Program-made: the position numbers and the translations under genes
Part shown: one piece after another, positions 26,021-35,893 of the stretch
Layout of the letters: each line of letters opens with the position of its first letter
Numbering within the stretch: position 1 is the first letter of the stretch
The notes under the pieces: generated by a model
Told to the model about the DNA's origin: nothing
Seen by the model: only the letters and a program-made list of their open reading frames with translations
Databases searched by the model: none
Assembly (NCBI GenBank): GCA_047601445.1
Contig: JASGJH010000001.1
Span: 2,304,001-2,368,000, forward strand
DNA from: Myxococcales bacterium
GTDB taxonomy: Bacteria > Myxococcota_A > Polyangia > Polyangiales > DASUME01
DNA: 64,000 nucleotides
Direction of reading: 5' to 3'

Positions 26021-27850
26021 TTAGCGGGTGATCTGTTTGAGCACGGAGGACGCGCGCTTGCGGACGTCCTTCGAAGGATCGTGCGACGCAGCCCGCTTGA
26101 GGGCGGACACCGCGCTGCGCCCGATGTCGCGCACCAAGAGCGTGCGCGCGCGGGCATACACCTTGTCGACGCCCAGGGCCTTGATGGCATCACGCTGCAC
26201 GCGCGGGTTCTTCTTGATGCCGCTCGAGAGCTTGATTGCCTCGCGATACTTGGCGAGACCGTCCGACCACCAGTTCTTGTCGATATAGAGGTTGCCGAGC
26301 ATCAGGGGCAGCATCGGGTTGTGCGGAGTCTGCCGGCGCAGCTGCTGGATACCGCGGATGGCTGCGTCCACCTTGCCCTTGGCGACCAGCGCCTTGACCT
26401 CACCGAGGGAGCTGACTTTCGGCTCTCCGGGCTCGGCTGGCAGCGTAACTTCGCGCTCCTCGGTCTCGTTGAGCGCTTCGTCGGCAGCCGCGAGGGCCGC
26501 GTCGCTGAAGTCCATCTCGTCGCCGTCGCCCGCAGGCACCGCCTCGGCCGCGCCTTCGTTTTCGTTGGGCGTCGACGGCGCGGGCGCCTGAACGGGCGCA
26601 CTCGGCTCCTCCTGCGGGTCGGGCTTGGACGTGCCCGGCGAAGCAGCCAGAGCAGGCGTTGGCGGAGCTTCGGTGCGACCCAGCGCAGCGGGCGGCTGTT
26701 CCTCCGGCGTTTGCGGTCCAGCAGCGACAGCTTCGGTGCGGGGCTGCGAGCGCCACCAGATCACCGCGGCTAGCAGCAGGAGCAACATCACGGTGCCGCG
26801 CATGAGGCTGCGCGGCTTGCGGGGCTTGACGGGCACGGGCGCCACGGGAGCCTGCAAGCCCGCGCCTGAACCGGTTTGGAGCCCGCTGACGGACATGGTG
26901 GCGGAGCGCGACTGCGAGCGATCACTGGCGGGCGCCGTAGCCAGCGTCTCGGCAGTCTCCAGCTTGGCTTGCGCCGCTGCGGGGCCCGACAGGCGCCACT
27001 CCGGGGTGGACTCGATGGCGACCACGAAGTCCGACGCGGTTTGGAAGCGCTTCTCCGGCTCCTTCTCGAGGGCCCGGGCCACCAGGGCCTCGAGCTCCCA
27101 GGACAACTCGGGTGCCAGCTCGCGCAGGCGTGGCGGCATTTGATCGCGCTGCATCATCAGGATCTCGTAGGCCTCGCCGCCCTGAAACGGCTTTTGCCCC
27201 GTGAGCATCTCGAACAGCACCACGCCCGCGGCGTAGAGGTCGACGCGCGCGTCCACTTTCTCGGCCCGGGTCTGCTCCGGCGCCATGTACGCGGGCGTTC
27301 CGACGATGGCCGCCATCGAGGGTTCGCCGTCGAGCTCCGGATCGTGCAGCTTCGCCAAACCGAAGTCGAAGATGCGCACGTGGTCACCGAGACCCGTGGC
27401 CTCGCCCAGCATGATGTTCCCGGGCTTGATGTCGCGATGGATGACGCCCTGACCATGGGCATGCGACAAGCCAGCGAGCAGCTGACGCGTGATGTCGAGC
27501 GCGCGGCGCGCGTGCAGCCGCCCCTCGTCCATGACCTCGCGCAGGGTTCGTCCAGTAACGAAGTCCATCACGATGTACGGAGCGCGATCGTGCACCCCGA
27601 AATCCAGCACCGACACGCAATAGGGATGCGAAAGCTTGCTCATCGCGCGCGCTTCACGCTGGAAGCGCTGCACGAAGCGGCTCGAGTGCGCGTAGGGCGA
27701 ATGCAGGAATTTGATCGCCACCGGCCGGCCCAGCTCGAGGCGCTCACCCCGATAAACGAGGCCCATTCCGCCTTCTCCGAGCTGCTGCGTGATTCGGTAG
27801 CGCCCGTTCAGCACAAGGCCTACGCGCACGTCTGGCTGGATCGACTCCAT
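26021..27850 (-). CDS. Membrane Ser/Thr kinase with C-terminal TPR/HEAT-like helical domain
   Basis: LGEGGMGLV, VAIK, HRDIKPGN, DFG and YMAPEQ motifs; TM segment; acidic/Pro linker; LGNLY..WWSDGLAKYREAI; DPSKDVRKRA. Confidence 0.93.
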   Translation of the reverse strand: MESIQPDVRVGLVLNGRYRITQQLGEGGMGLVYRGERLELGRPVAIKFLHSPYAHSSRFVQRFQREARAMSKLSHPYCVSVLDFGVHDRAPYIVMDFVTGRTLREVMDEGRLHARRALDITRQLLAGLSHAHGQGVIHRDIKPGNIMLGEATGLGDHVRIFDFGLAKLHDPELDGEPSMAAIVGTPAYMAPEQTRAEKVDARVDLYAAGVVLFEMLTGQKPFQGGEAYEILMMQRDQMPPRLRELAPELSWELEALVARALEKEPEKRFQTASDFVVAIESTPEWRLSGPAAAQAKLETAETLATAPASDRSQSRSATMSVSGLQTGSGAGLQAPVAPVPVKPRKPRSLMRGTVMLLLLLAAVIWWRSQPRTEAVAAGPQTPEEQPPAALGRTEAPPTPALAASPGTSKPDPQEEPSAPVQAPAPSTPNENEGAAEAVPAGDGDEMDFSDAALAAADEALNETEEREVTLPAEPGEPKVSSLGEVKALVAKGKVDAAIRGIQQLRRQTPHNPMLPLMLGNLYIDKNWWSDGLAKYREAIKLSSGIKKNPRVQRDAIKALGVDKVYARARTLLVRDIGRSAVSALKRAASHDPSKDVRKRASSVLKQITR

Positions 27851-27965
27851 CGAGTGACGAGAGCCTATCAGGTTCCCCCCCTGGGCAGCGAGGTTCTGCC
27901 TGCACACATCCTGAGAGAAATGAGGATTTCTGCGACCTTACGCGGTTCAACGGGGGCGGCCCGCG

Positions 27966-28195
27966 CGATCGTCCGACGCCCCCTAGACCGCTTTGGGGGT
28001 CCGGCCCGGCTCAGAGGCGGAAGCGGCCCCCCCGTGGGCTAGCCACGAGAGATGGGGGCTGTGGAGGCAGCTGGGCCTCGGCGGCCGAGGGACGATCGGA
28101 AGGTGGTGGGTGGGGGCGTCAAACAGGGGGCGTCGGTGTTCACGTCGCCGTTCAGGTCAACGTTGGTCGTCCTCGTCCTCGTCCTCGTGCTCGTC
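27966..28195. repeat. Intergenic inverted-repeat element plus (GTCCTC)n low-complexity tract
   Basis: CCGACGCCCCCT (27973-27984) pairs with AGGGGGCGTCGG (28125-28136); CGATCGTCC pairs with GGACGATCG; then gtcctcgtcctcgtcctcgtgctcgtc. Confidence 0.45.
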
Positions 28196-28256
28196 CCCCC
28201 CTCCCCCTCCTCATTTGACTTCTCTTTTCCCTCCCCCAACGCTTGCCGCCCTCCCG

Positions 28257-29150
28257 ATGTCGCCGGCTCTGGTTCTCGTCGTCCTGCTACTCCTCGCCGG
28301 CTACCTGGCGCGCCGACTCTCTCGCTTCCCGGAGCACAGCTCCGACGTCCTCAATCGCTTCGTCATCGACGTGTGTTTGCCCGCGGTCATCCTCCGCGTG
28401 GTGCCCTCGCTGACGCTGCGCTGGGATCTCCTCATCCTGGTCCTCGTCCCGTGGTCGCTCGCGGCGCTCGGCTACCTCTTCGCGCGCCTGCTCGCGCGGA
28501 GCCTCGGCTTCGACCGCCATACCGAGGCCGCCGTGTTCGTGTGCACCGCGCTTGGAAACACCTCGTTTCTAGGCTTTCCTCTCGTCCAAGCCTTGCTCGG
28601 TGAGGCCGCGCTGCCTTTCGCCACCGTCTACGACCAGCTCGGCAGCTTTCTGCTCCTCTGCATCGTGTTGCCCGTGGCGCTCGCCCAGGCGGCCGGCAGC
28701 GCGCGCCCTGCGCCGCGCGAGCTCATGAAGCGAATCGCCACGTTTCCTCCGTTCATCGCGCTGATGGCCTCGCTCATCCCCTGGACGCAGCCCGCCTGGT
28801 TTCAAAGCGTGCTCCTGCAGATTGGGAACGCACTCGTCCCCAGCGCCATGTTCGCCGTGGGCCTGCGCCTGCGCATCACGCCCCCGAAGCAGGGCCTCGC
28901 GTTCGTGTGCGCACTGGCGACCAAGCTGGTGCTGATGCCGCTCTGCGCGTTCGGCATCGCCCGCGCACTGAACACGCCCCATGACGTCCTGCAGGTCGTC
29001 GTGCTCGAGAGCGCCATGCCCGCGATGATCTCCGCCGGCGCAGCGGTGATGGCCGCGGGGGTCGCCGTGGAGCTCACCGCCGCGCTCGTCGGCTGGGGCA
29101 TTCTGGCGAGCCTCGTCACGACCAGCGTTTGGGCCCAATTCCTGCGCTGA
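28257..29150 (+). CDS. AEC (auxin efflux carrier) family transporter
   Basis: LNRFVIDVCLPA, GNTSFLGFPL, YDQLG and LESAMP motifs; about 10 TM segments. Confidence 0.9.
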   Translation: MSPALVLVVLLLLAGYLARRLSRFPEHSSDVLNRFVIDVCLPAVILRVVPSLTLRWDLLILVLVPWSLAALGYLFARLLARSLGFDRHTEAAVFVCTALGNTSFLGFPLVQALLGEAALPFATVYDQLGSFLLLCIVLPVALAQAAGSARPAPRELMKRIATFPPFIALMASLIPWTQPAWFQSVLLQIGNALVPSAMFAVGLRLRITPPKQGLAFVCALATKLVLMPLCAFGIARALNTPHDVLQVVVLESAMPAMISAGAAVMAAGVAVELTAALVGWGILASLVTTSVWAQFLR

Positions 29151-29267
29151 CCCGAGGCGTCACTCGGGACCTCGTGTGACACGTCAGAACATCGTCCCGG
29201 CGAGGTGCCGGCGTCCATTGGTCACTTCAGTGAAATCCGAGGCCCTTCGCAGTAGGATCGAAGAGTC

Positions 29268-31166
29268 ATGTCGCCGCCGAGCATTCCGAGCCGTCGTCCG
29301 CGCGCGCCCTTCGAAGCCTCCTTCGCTCCCGAGCCCGTCAGCAACACACCACGCTCGAATCAGGCCTTCCTGTTCGAGATCGCCTGGGAGGTGTGCAATC
29401 TGGTGGGCGGAATTTACCAGGTGCTGCGCTCCAAAGCCCCGCTCATGGGGGAGCGCTGGGGGAACCGCTACTGCGTGGTTGGCCCCTATATTGCGTCCAA
29501 AGCGGGTCTCGAGTTCGAGGAGAGCGAAGCCACCGGTTACTTCGCCCGCCTCGTCGAGCGCGTGCAAGCGGCCGGCGTGCGTGTGCATCACGGTCACTGG
29601 CTGATCCAGGGCAAGCCTCGAGCGCTGCTGCTGGAGCTCTGGGACCTCAACTCGTCGCTGGGCGAGCTCAAGTACCTGCTCTGGGAGCAGTCGGGCATCG
29701 CCTGTCCAGCAGGCGACCAGGTGGTGGACGAAGCCGTGCTCTTCGCGGCAGCGGTGCAGCGCCTGTTGGCGGCGGCTTGCACGGAAGCGGCCGCCAGCCG
29801 CGGCGGATCCGACCCGGGTGAACTCGTCCCCGAGCGCCTGGTGGCCCATTTCCACGAGTGGCAGGGCGGAGCGGCGATTCCCGCGGTGCGGCGCGCGCAG
29901 CTGCCGGTGGCGACGGTGTTTACGACCCACGCCACCATGCTCGGCCGCTACATCGCCTCCAACGAGGACGGTTTCTACGACCGGTTGCCCTGGATCGACC
30001 ATGCGGACGCGGCGGCTCGCTACAACATCCGGGCCCAGCACAGCATCGAGCGCGCCTGTGCGCACGGTGCCCATGTGTTCACCACGGTCTCGCAGATCAC
30101 GGCCGAGGAGTGCACGTCACTGCTGGGGCGCACCCCCGACCTGATCACGCCCAATGGCCTGACCATCTCGCGGTACAACGTGGGCCACGATTTCCAGACC
30201 TTTCATGCGGACTTCAAGGCCCGTGTGCACGCCTTCACCACGGGCTACTTCTTCCCTAACCACCGCTTCGATCTCGACCGCACCCTCTACATGTTCACCA
30301 GTGGTCGCTACGAGCCGCGCAACAAGGGCTTCGACGTGTGCCTCGAGGCCATGGCGCGCTTGAACGCCGAGCTCTCGGCCGCCCAGCTCGGGGTCACCGT
30401 CGTGTTCTTCATCATCACGCCCAGGCCCACACGCTCGATCAACCCGCTGATGCTCGAGAAGCGCGGCGTGCTGAACGAACTCGAGAACGTGTGCGAGAAG
30501 ATCCTCGAAGAAGTGGGCGACCGCATGGTGCGCAACGCGGCCTTCGGCGAGAGCCTGCACCTGGACGACCTCGTGGATGAGCACTGGCGGCTGCGCTACC
30601 GGCGCATGCAGGCGGCCTTCCGTATGGACAACCTGCCGCCCATCGTCACGCACATCCTCAAGGACGACCGCAACGATCCGGTGTTGAATCAGATCAACTT
30701 CCTGGGCCTGCTCAACCGCCGCGAGGACGCGGTCAAGGTCGTCTACCATCCCGAGTTCATCGCGCCCACCAACCCGTTGTGGGGCATCGAGTACGAGCAG
30801 TTCGTGCGCGGCTGTCACCTGGGACTCTTTCCGAGCGCCTACGAGCCCTGGGGCTACACGCCCCTCGAGTGCATGGCCATGGGCACGCCTTCGGTGTCGA
30901 GCGACCTGGCGGGCTTCGGGCGTTACGTGAACGACGTGCTGCCCGATGCAGGGCATTCCGGGCTCACCGTGCTGGCCCGCCGTGGTCGGGGCTTTCACGA
31001 AGCCGCCGCCGACCTCACGCGGCACCTACTCGAGTTCTGCCGGCTGACGCGCCGTGATCGAGTGAACTTGCGCAACGAGGTCGAGCGCAGGTCCTGGGAC
31101 TTCGACTGGTCGCGACTCGGGCACGCCTATCACAGCGCCCACGACCTGGCGTTGTCGCGCATCTGA
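29268..31166 (+). CDS. Glycogen synthase, GT3 (eukaryote/Bacteroidota type)
   Basis: FEIAWEVCNLVGGIY, HFHEW, FTTHATMLGR, FTSGRYEPRNKG and PSAYEPWGYTPLEC motifs. Confidence 0.92.
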   Translation: MSPPSIPSRRPRAPFEASFAPEPVSNTPRSNQAFLFEIAWEVCNLVGGIYQVLRSKAPLMGERWGNRYCVVGPYIASKAGLEFEESEATGYFARLVERVQAAGVRVHHGHWLIQGKPRALLLELWDLNSSLGELKYLLWEQSGIACPAGDQVVDEAVLFAAAVQRLLAAACTEAAASRGGSDPGELVPERLVAHFHEWQGGAAIPAVRRAQLPVATVFTTHATMLGRYIASNEDGFYDRLPWIDHADAAARYNIRAQHSIERACAHGAHVFTTVSQITAEECTSLLGRTPDLITPNGLTISRYNVGHDFQTFHADFKARVHAFTTGYFFPNHRFDLDRTLYMFTSGRYEPRNKGFDVCLEAMARLNAELSAAQLGVTVVFFIITPRPTRSINPLMLEKRGVLNELENVCEKILEEVGDRMVRNAAFGESLHLDDLVDEHWRLRYRRMQAAFRMDNLPPIVTHILKDDRNDPVLNQINFLGLLNRREDAVKVVYHPEFIAPTNPLWGIEYEQFVRGCHLGLFPSAYEPWGYTPLECMAMGTPSVSSDLAGFGRYVNDVLPDAGHSGLTVLARRGRGFHEAAADLTRHLLEFCRLTRRDRVNLRNEVERRSWDFDWSRLGHAYHSAHDLALSRI

Positions 31167-31455
31167 TCCGTTCCCCGCCCCTGCGACTTCAGGCTGGTCC
31201 GCGGGACTTCGCGACCTGGCTCTCAAAGCACACTCGAAATCGGCGCGTTGCCTCCCCTGCGCGCTTCTCGGTGCAGGCGACTGAGGCGAAAGTCCGCACA
31301 TTCACGCTAACGGCTCGTCTCCCTTGCCGAAACGCCACAGTCCTACGCGGACCCGCTGCGCGCGCTTCAAAAAAAGTCGCGTGCTCGCTAACGCAGCATG
31401 GCGATCCATCGACCGACCGGCCAGGGATCACTCGTTCTTTCTTGGAGACCCGTTC

Positions 31456-32703
31456 ATGCGTGCTCGACCTCTGTTGGCTCCCCTGCTGCTGGCGCTCGTC
31501 CTGGTTGGCGCGCCAGCTTGTTCCACCGACCCTGCGACGGCCTCTGCGGCCGCCAAGACTCCACCCCCACCCACCGTGATCGTACAGACCGCCGCGCGGC
31601 ATCCGGTCTCGACCTCGACCGAGACGGTCGCGGTCCTCGACGGCTACGTGAATGCCGAGATTCGCGCGCGCGTACGTGGCTACCTCAAGTCCCAGCTCTT
31701 CAAGGACGGCGGCCAGGTCAAGACCGGCCAGCTGCTCTTCACCATCGACCCCAGCGAGTACAGCGCCGTGGTGGCGCAAGCCGAGGGCGCGCTCGGCAGA
31801 GCCGATGCGTTGGCCGAGAACAGCGAGCTCCAGCTCACCCGTGCCAACACGTTGATTCAGACCAACACCATCACGCAGCGGGCCGTCGAGGATGCCAACG
31901 CTGCGGCGGCGGACGCCAAGGGCCAACGCACCACGGCCAAGGCCACGCTCGAGCGCGCCAGGCTCGACCTGTCCTATACGCAGATCCGCTCGCCCATCGA
32001 TGGCACGGCGGGCTTGACCCTGGTGCGCGTGGGCAACCTGGTGGGCGCCGACGGCCCCACCCTGCTCACCACCATCTCCCAGGTCGATCCCATTCGCGTG
32101 CGCTTCCCGATCAGCGAGATCGAATACTTGAGGCGTTCGAGCTCGTTCAAGGAGCTCTCCAGCCGCGACCTCAAGTGGGCGCGCAAGCAGTTCACCAGCC
32201 TGCACGACCATGGCACCACCGAAACCGGTGAGTCGGGCCTCGAGCTCATCCTCGCCGACGGGAGCACCTACGCAGAGCGCGGCGTGATCGTGGCCACCGA
32301 CCGCAGCGTGAACGGCAGTACAGGCACCATCTTGCTCGAAGCGCTGTTCCCGAACCCCGACCAAACCTTGCGCCCCGGACAGTACGGGCGCGTGCGCATG
32401 CAGGCCCACGACAGCGGTCAAGACTCGCTGGTGGTGCCGGAGCGCGCGTTGATGCAGACGCAGGGCATGTACTCTTTGGCCGTGGTGTCCAAGGAAAACA
32501 AGGTCGAACTGCGCCCCGTGCAGGTCGGCGTGAGCACCGGGCAAGAGCGCGTGATCGTGGCGGGGTTGACGGCGGGCGAACGCATCGTCGTGGACGGTCT
32601 GCAAAAGGTGAGCGACGGCGCGCAGGTGGTGCCCCAAGAGGCGCAGACCGCGGCCGCACCGACCACCAGCAACGGCGCCACCGCCCAGGGCAGCAAGAAC
32701 TAG
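31456..32703 (+). CDS. RND efflux periplasmic adaptor (AcrA/MexA family)
   Basis: Lipobox APAC; EIRARVRGYL, GQLLFTIDP, YTQIRSPIDG and FPNPDQTLRPGQY. Confidence 0.93.
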   Translation: MRARPLLAPLLLALVLVGAPACSTDPATASAAAKTPPPPTVIVQTAARHPVSTSTETVAVLDGYVNAEIRARVRGYLKSQLFKDGGQVKTGQLLFTIDPSEYSAVVAQAEGALGRADALAENSELQLTRANTLIQTNTITQRAVEDANAAAADAKGQRTTAKATLERARLDLSYTQIRSPIDGTAGLTLVRVGNLVGADGPTLLTTISQVDPIRVRFPISEIEYLRRSSSFKELSSRDLKWARKQFTSLHDHGTTETGESGLELILADGSTYAERGVIVATDRSVNGSTGTILLEALFPNPDQTLRPGQYGRVRMQAHDSGQDSLVVPERALMQTQGMYSLAVVSKENKVELRPVQVGVSTGQERVIVAGLTAGERIVVDGLQKVSDGAQVVPQEAQTAAAPTTSNGATAQGSKN

Positions 32704-32716
32704 GAGCGAGGCCAAG

Positions 32717-35700
32717 ATGTCTGAATTCTTCGTGCGTCGCCCGATCGTGGCGATGGTGATCGCGATCGCCACGGTGCTGATCGGTGGCGTGGCCCTGTTC
32801 AGCCTGCCGATCGCACAGTTTCCGCAGATCATCCCGCCCCAAATCCAGCTCACCACGACGTATACGGGCGCGGACGCACTCACCATCGAGCAGTCGGTGG
32901 CGACTCCCATCGAGCAGCAGATGAACGGCGTGGACAACATGCTGTACATCCAGTCGACCAACGCCAACGACGGCACGATGACCCAGAACGTCACGTTCGA
33001 TCTGGGCACCAATATCGACATCGACAACGTGCTCGTGCAGAACCGCTTCGCGCAGGCGCAGCCGGCGCTACCGCAGGACGTCAAGAACTTCGGCGTCACC
33101 ATCAAGAAGTCGCTGGCGTTCCCGCTGATCGTGGTCTCGTTCTACACCGAAGACGGCCGCTACGACTCGCAGTTCCTCACCAACTACGCAGTCATCAACG
33201 TGAACGACGCGCTCTTGCGCATCAAGGGCGTGGGCGATGTGCGCAACCTCGGCGCGTCCGACTACGCCATGCGCGTGTGGGTCAAGCCCGACGTGCTGGC
33301 GCGCCTCGGCCTGACGGTGACCGACGTGCAGAACGCGATCCGCGCGCAGAACGTGGTGAACCCAGCCGGTGAGATCGGCGGCGAGCCGGTGCCGAGCGGC
33401 CAGCAGATGACCTACACGATGCGCGCCCAGGGACGCCTGGTGACGGCCGAGGAATTCGCCAACGTCATCGTGCGTCAGAACGCGGACGGCAGCAGCGTAC
33501 GCGTGGGCGACGTCGCGAAGGTGGAACTCGGGGCCCTCAACTACCGCCAGTACGGCTCCTTCTCGGGCAAGCCTTCGGCGGTGTTGGCGGCTTTCCAGTC
33601 GCCGGGCTCCAACGCGCTCGACGTGGCGGAGAACATCAAGAGCACGCTCAAGGAGCTCGAGAAGCGCTTTCCGCCCGGCCTCAAGTACCAGATCTCCCTC
33701 GATGTCACGGCCCCGGTGCGCGCGGGCATCAGCGAGATCTTGCACACGCTGGGAGAGGCCATCGCGCTGGTGGTGCTGGTGGTGTTCGTCTTCCTGCAGA
33801 GCTTCCGCGCTACCTTGATTCCCCTGCTCACGGTGCCGGTGTCGTTGATCGGCGCGTTCGCGCTGTTCCCGCTGCTCGGCTTCTCCATCAACACGCTGTC
33901 CCTATTCGGCCTGGTGCTGGCCATCGGCTTGGTGGTCGACGACGCCATCGTGGTGGTGGAGGCGGTGGAACACCACATCGAGCAAGGTTTGAACCCGCGT
34001 GAAGCCACCCTGAAGGCCATGCGCGAGGTGCAAGGGCCCGTCATCGGCATCGCCCTGATCTTGGCCGCGGTGTTCATCCCGGTGGCCTTCATGAGCGGCA
34101 TCACGGGTCGCCTGTATCAGCAGTTCGCGCTCACCATCGCCATCTCGGTGTTGATCTCGGCCTTCAACGCGCTGAGCCTGAGCCCGGCCCTGGCGGCGCT
34201 CTTGCTCAAGCCCAAGGGCGAGCCGAAGGGCATCCTTGGGCGCCTCGGTGCCGCCTTCAACCGCTGGTTCACGCGCGTGACGGGCAGCTACGTGAGCATC
34301 AACCGCCTGCTCGTGCGCAAGCTGGTGATCCCGGTGGTGTTGCTCGCGGGCGTGAGCGGCGCGTCCTACGCGCTCGGCAAGGATCTACCGAGCGGGTTCG
34401 TGCCGGAGGAAGACCAGGGCTACATCGTGCTCGGGGTGCAGCTGCCGGACGCCGCCTCCTTGCAGCGCACGCGCGCCGTGTTCGACAAGGTGGGCAAGAT
34501 CCTCCAGGAGACCGACGGCATCCGCGTGTACAACGCCATCGCCGGCTTCAGCTTCTTCACGCGCAGCGCAGCGCCTTACGTGGGCACCGCCTTCGCGCAG
34601 CTCGAGCCCTGGGACGAGCGCGGTCCGAAGCTCACCGCCAAGGACATCGTCGCCAGCCTGAATGCCAAGTTCTCCAAGATCCCGGAGGCCATGGTGTTCG
34701 CGGTGGCACCGCCCGCCATCCCGGGTATCAGCGCCGCCGGTGGCTTCAGCATGATGCTGCAGGACAAGAGCGGTGGCTCGGTGGAATTCCTGTCGCAGAA
34801 CGTCGGCAAATTCCTGGCAGCGGCGCGCAAGCGTCCGGAGCTCGTGGGCGTGCGTCCCAACTTCGCGCCCGCGGTGCCTCAGGTGTTCGCGGAAATCGAC
34901 AAGGAGAAGGTGCTCAAGCAGGGCGTCCCGCTCAGCGAGGTGTACGGCGCGCTGCAGTCGTTCCTGGGCGGCGCCTACGTGAACGACTTCACGCGCTTTG
35001 GTCGCCAGTGGCGCGTGTTCGTGCAGGCTGGCCCGGAGTATCGGCGCAACAAGGAAGACCTCGCCGGATTCTACGTACGCAATCAGCGCGGCGAAATGGT
35101 GCCGCTCTCCACCCTGGTGACGGCGCGCATGACGGCCGGCCCCGAGTACACCACGCGCTTCAATCTGTACCGCGCGGTGGAGGTGATGGGCGCGGCGGCG
35201 CCTGGCTACAGCTCGGGCCAAGCGTTGAGCGCGCTGGAGGAGGTAGCCCGTGACGTGTTGCCGCCCGAGATGGGGTACTCGTGGAACGCGCTCTCCTACC
35301 AGGAGAAGGTCGCGAGCGGGAGCTCGACGCAGGTGCTGGGGCTGTCCCTGGTGTTCGTGTTCTTGATCCTGGCCGCCCTCTACGAGAGCTGGTCGCTGCC
35401 CTTCAGCGTCCTGTTGAGCGTCCCGGTGGCCATCCTGGGCGCTTACCTGGGACTGATGTCACGCCACATCGACAACAACGTGTTCGCACAGATCGGGCTG
35501 GTGCTGCTGGTGGGGCTGACGGCCAAGAACGCCATCTTGATCGTGGAGTTCGCGAAGCTGCAGCTCGAGGAGGGTAAACCTCTGATCGAGGCCGCCCTGG
35601 AGGGAGCACGGCTACGGCTGCGCCCCATCCTGATGACCTCGTTCGCCTTCATCTTCGGCTGCTTGCCGCTGTGGTTCGCCACGGGCGCGGGCGCTGGCGG

Positions 35701-35875
35701 GCGCGTCACCATGGGCACCACCGTGGTGTCAGGCATGCTGCTGGCCACGGTGTTCGGCATCTTCCTGATCCCGGCGCTGTTCGTGCTGGTGGAACGAATC
35801 GCCGGTCACAGGGACAAGCAAGCCGTCGCACCCGCGCGGGATCTGGAGACCGAACACGCGGTGCACGCTGAGTAG
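32717..35875 (+). CDS. HAE1-family RND efflux transporter (AcrB/MexB-like)
   Basis: FFVRRPIVA; TM4 LAIGLVVDDAIVVVE; GLTAKNAILIVEFA; RLRPILMTS. Confidence 0.95.
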   Translation: MSEFFVRRPIVAMVIAIATVLIGGVALFSLPIAQFPQIIPPQIQLTTTYTGADALTIEQSVATPIEQQMNGVDNMLYIQSTNANDGTMTQNVTFDLGTNIDIDNVLVQNRFAQAQPALPQDVKNFGVTIKKSLAFPLIVVSFYTEDGRYDSQFLTNYAVINVNDALLRIKGVGDVRNLGASDYAMRVWVKPDVLARLGLTVTDVQNAIRAQNVVNPAGEIGGEPVPSGQQMTYTMRAQGRLVTAEEFANVIVRQNADGSSVRVGDVAKVELGALNYRQYGSFSGKPSAVLAAFQSPGSNALDVAENIKSTLKELEKRFPPGLKYQISLDVTAPVRAGISEILHTLGEAIALVVLVVFVFLQSFRATLIPLLTVPVSLIGAFALFPLLGFSINTLSLFGLVLAIGLVVDDAIVVVEAVEHHIEQGLNPREATLKAMREVQGPVIGIALILAAVFIPVAFMSGITGRLYQQFALTIAISVLISAFNALSLSPALAALLLKPKGEPKGILGRLGAAFNRWFTRVTGSYVSINRLLVRKLVIPVVLLAGVSGASYALGKDLPSGFVPEEDQGYIVLGVQLPDAASLQRTRAVFDKVGKILQETDGIRVYNAIAGFSFFTRSAAPYVGTAFAQLEPWDERGPKLTAKDIVASLNAKFSKIPEAMVFAVAPPAIPGISAAGGFSMMLQDKSGGSVEFLSQNVGKFLAAARKRPELVGVRPNFAPAVPQVFAEIDKEKVLKQGVPLSEVYGALQSFLGGAYVNDFTRFGRQWRVFVQAGPEYRRNKEDLAGFYVRNQRGEMVPLSTLVTARMTAGPEYTTRFNLYRAVEVMGAAAPGYSSGQALSALEEVARDVLPPEMGYSWNALSYQEKVASGSSTQVLGLSLVFVFLILAALYESWSLPFSVLLSVPVAILGAYLGLMSRHIDNNVFAQIGLVLLVGLTAKNAILIVEFAKLQLEEGKPLIEAALEGARLRLRPILMTSFAFIFGCLPLWFATGAGAGGRVTMGTTVVSGMLLATVFGIFLIPALFVLVERIAGHRDKQAVAPARDLETEHAVHAE

Positions 35876-35893
35876 TCGGGGATCTTCGCGCGC

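Noticed and set aside
31189..33105. 638-aa minus-strand ORF
   Set aside because: Shadow of the RND adaptor and transporter; long stop-free frames are expected at this GC content, and it has no motifs.
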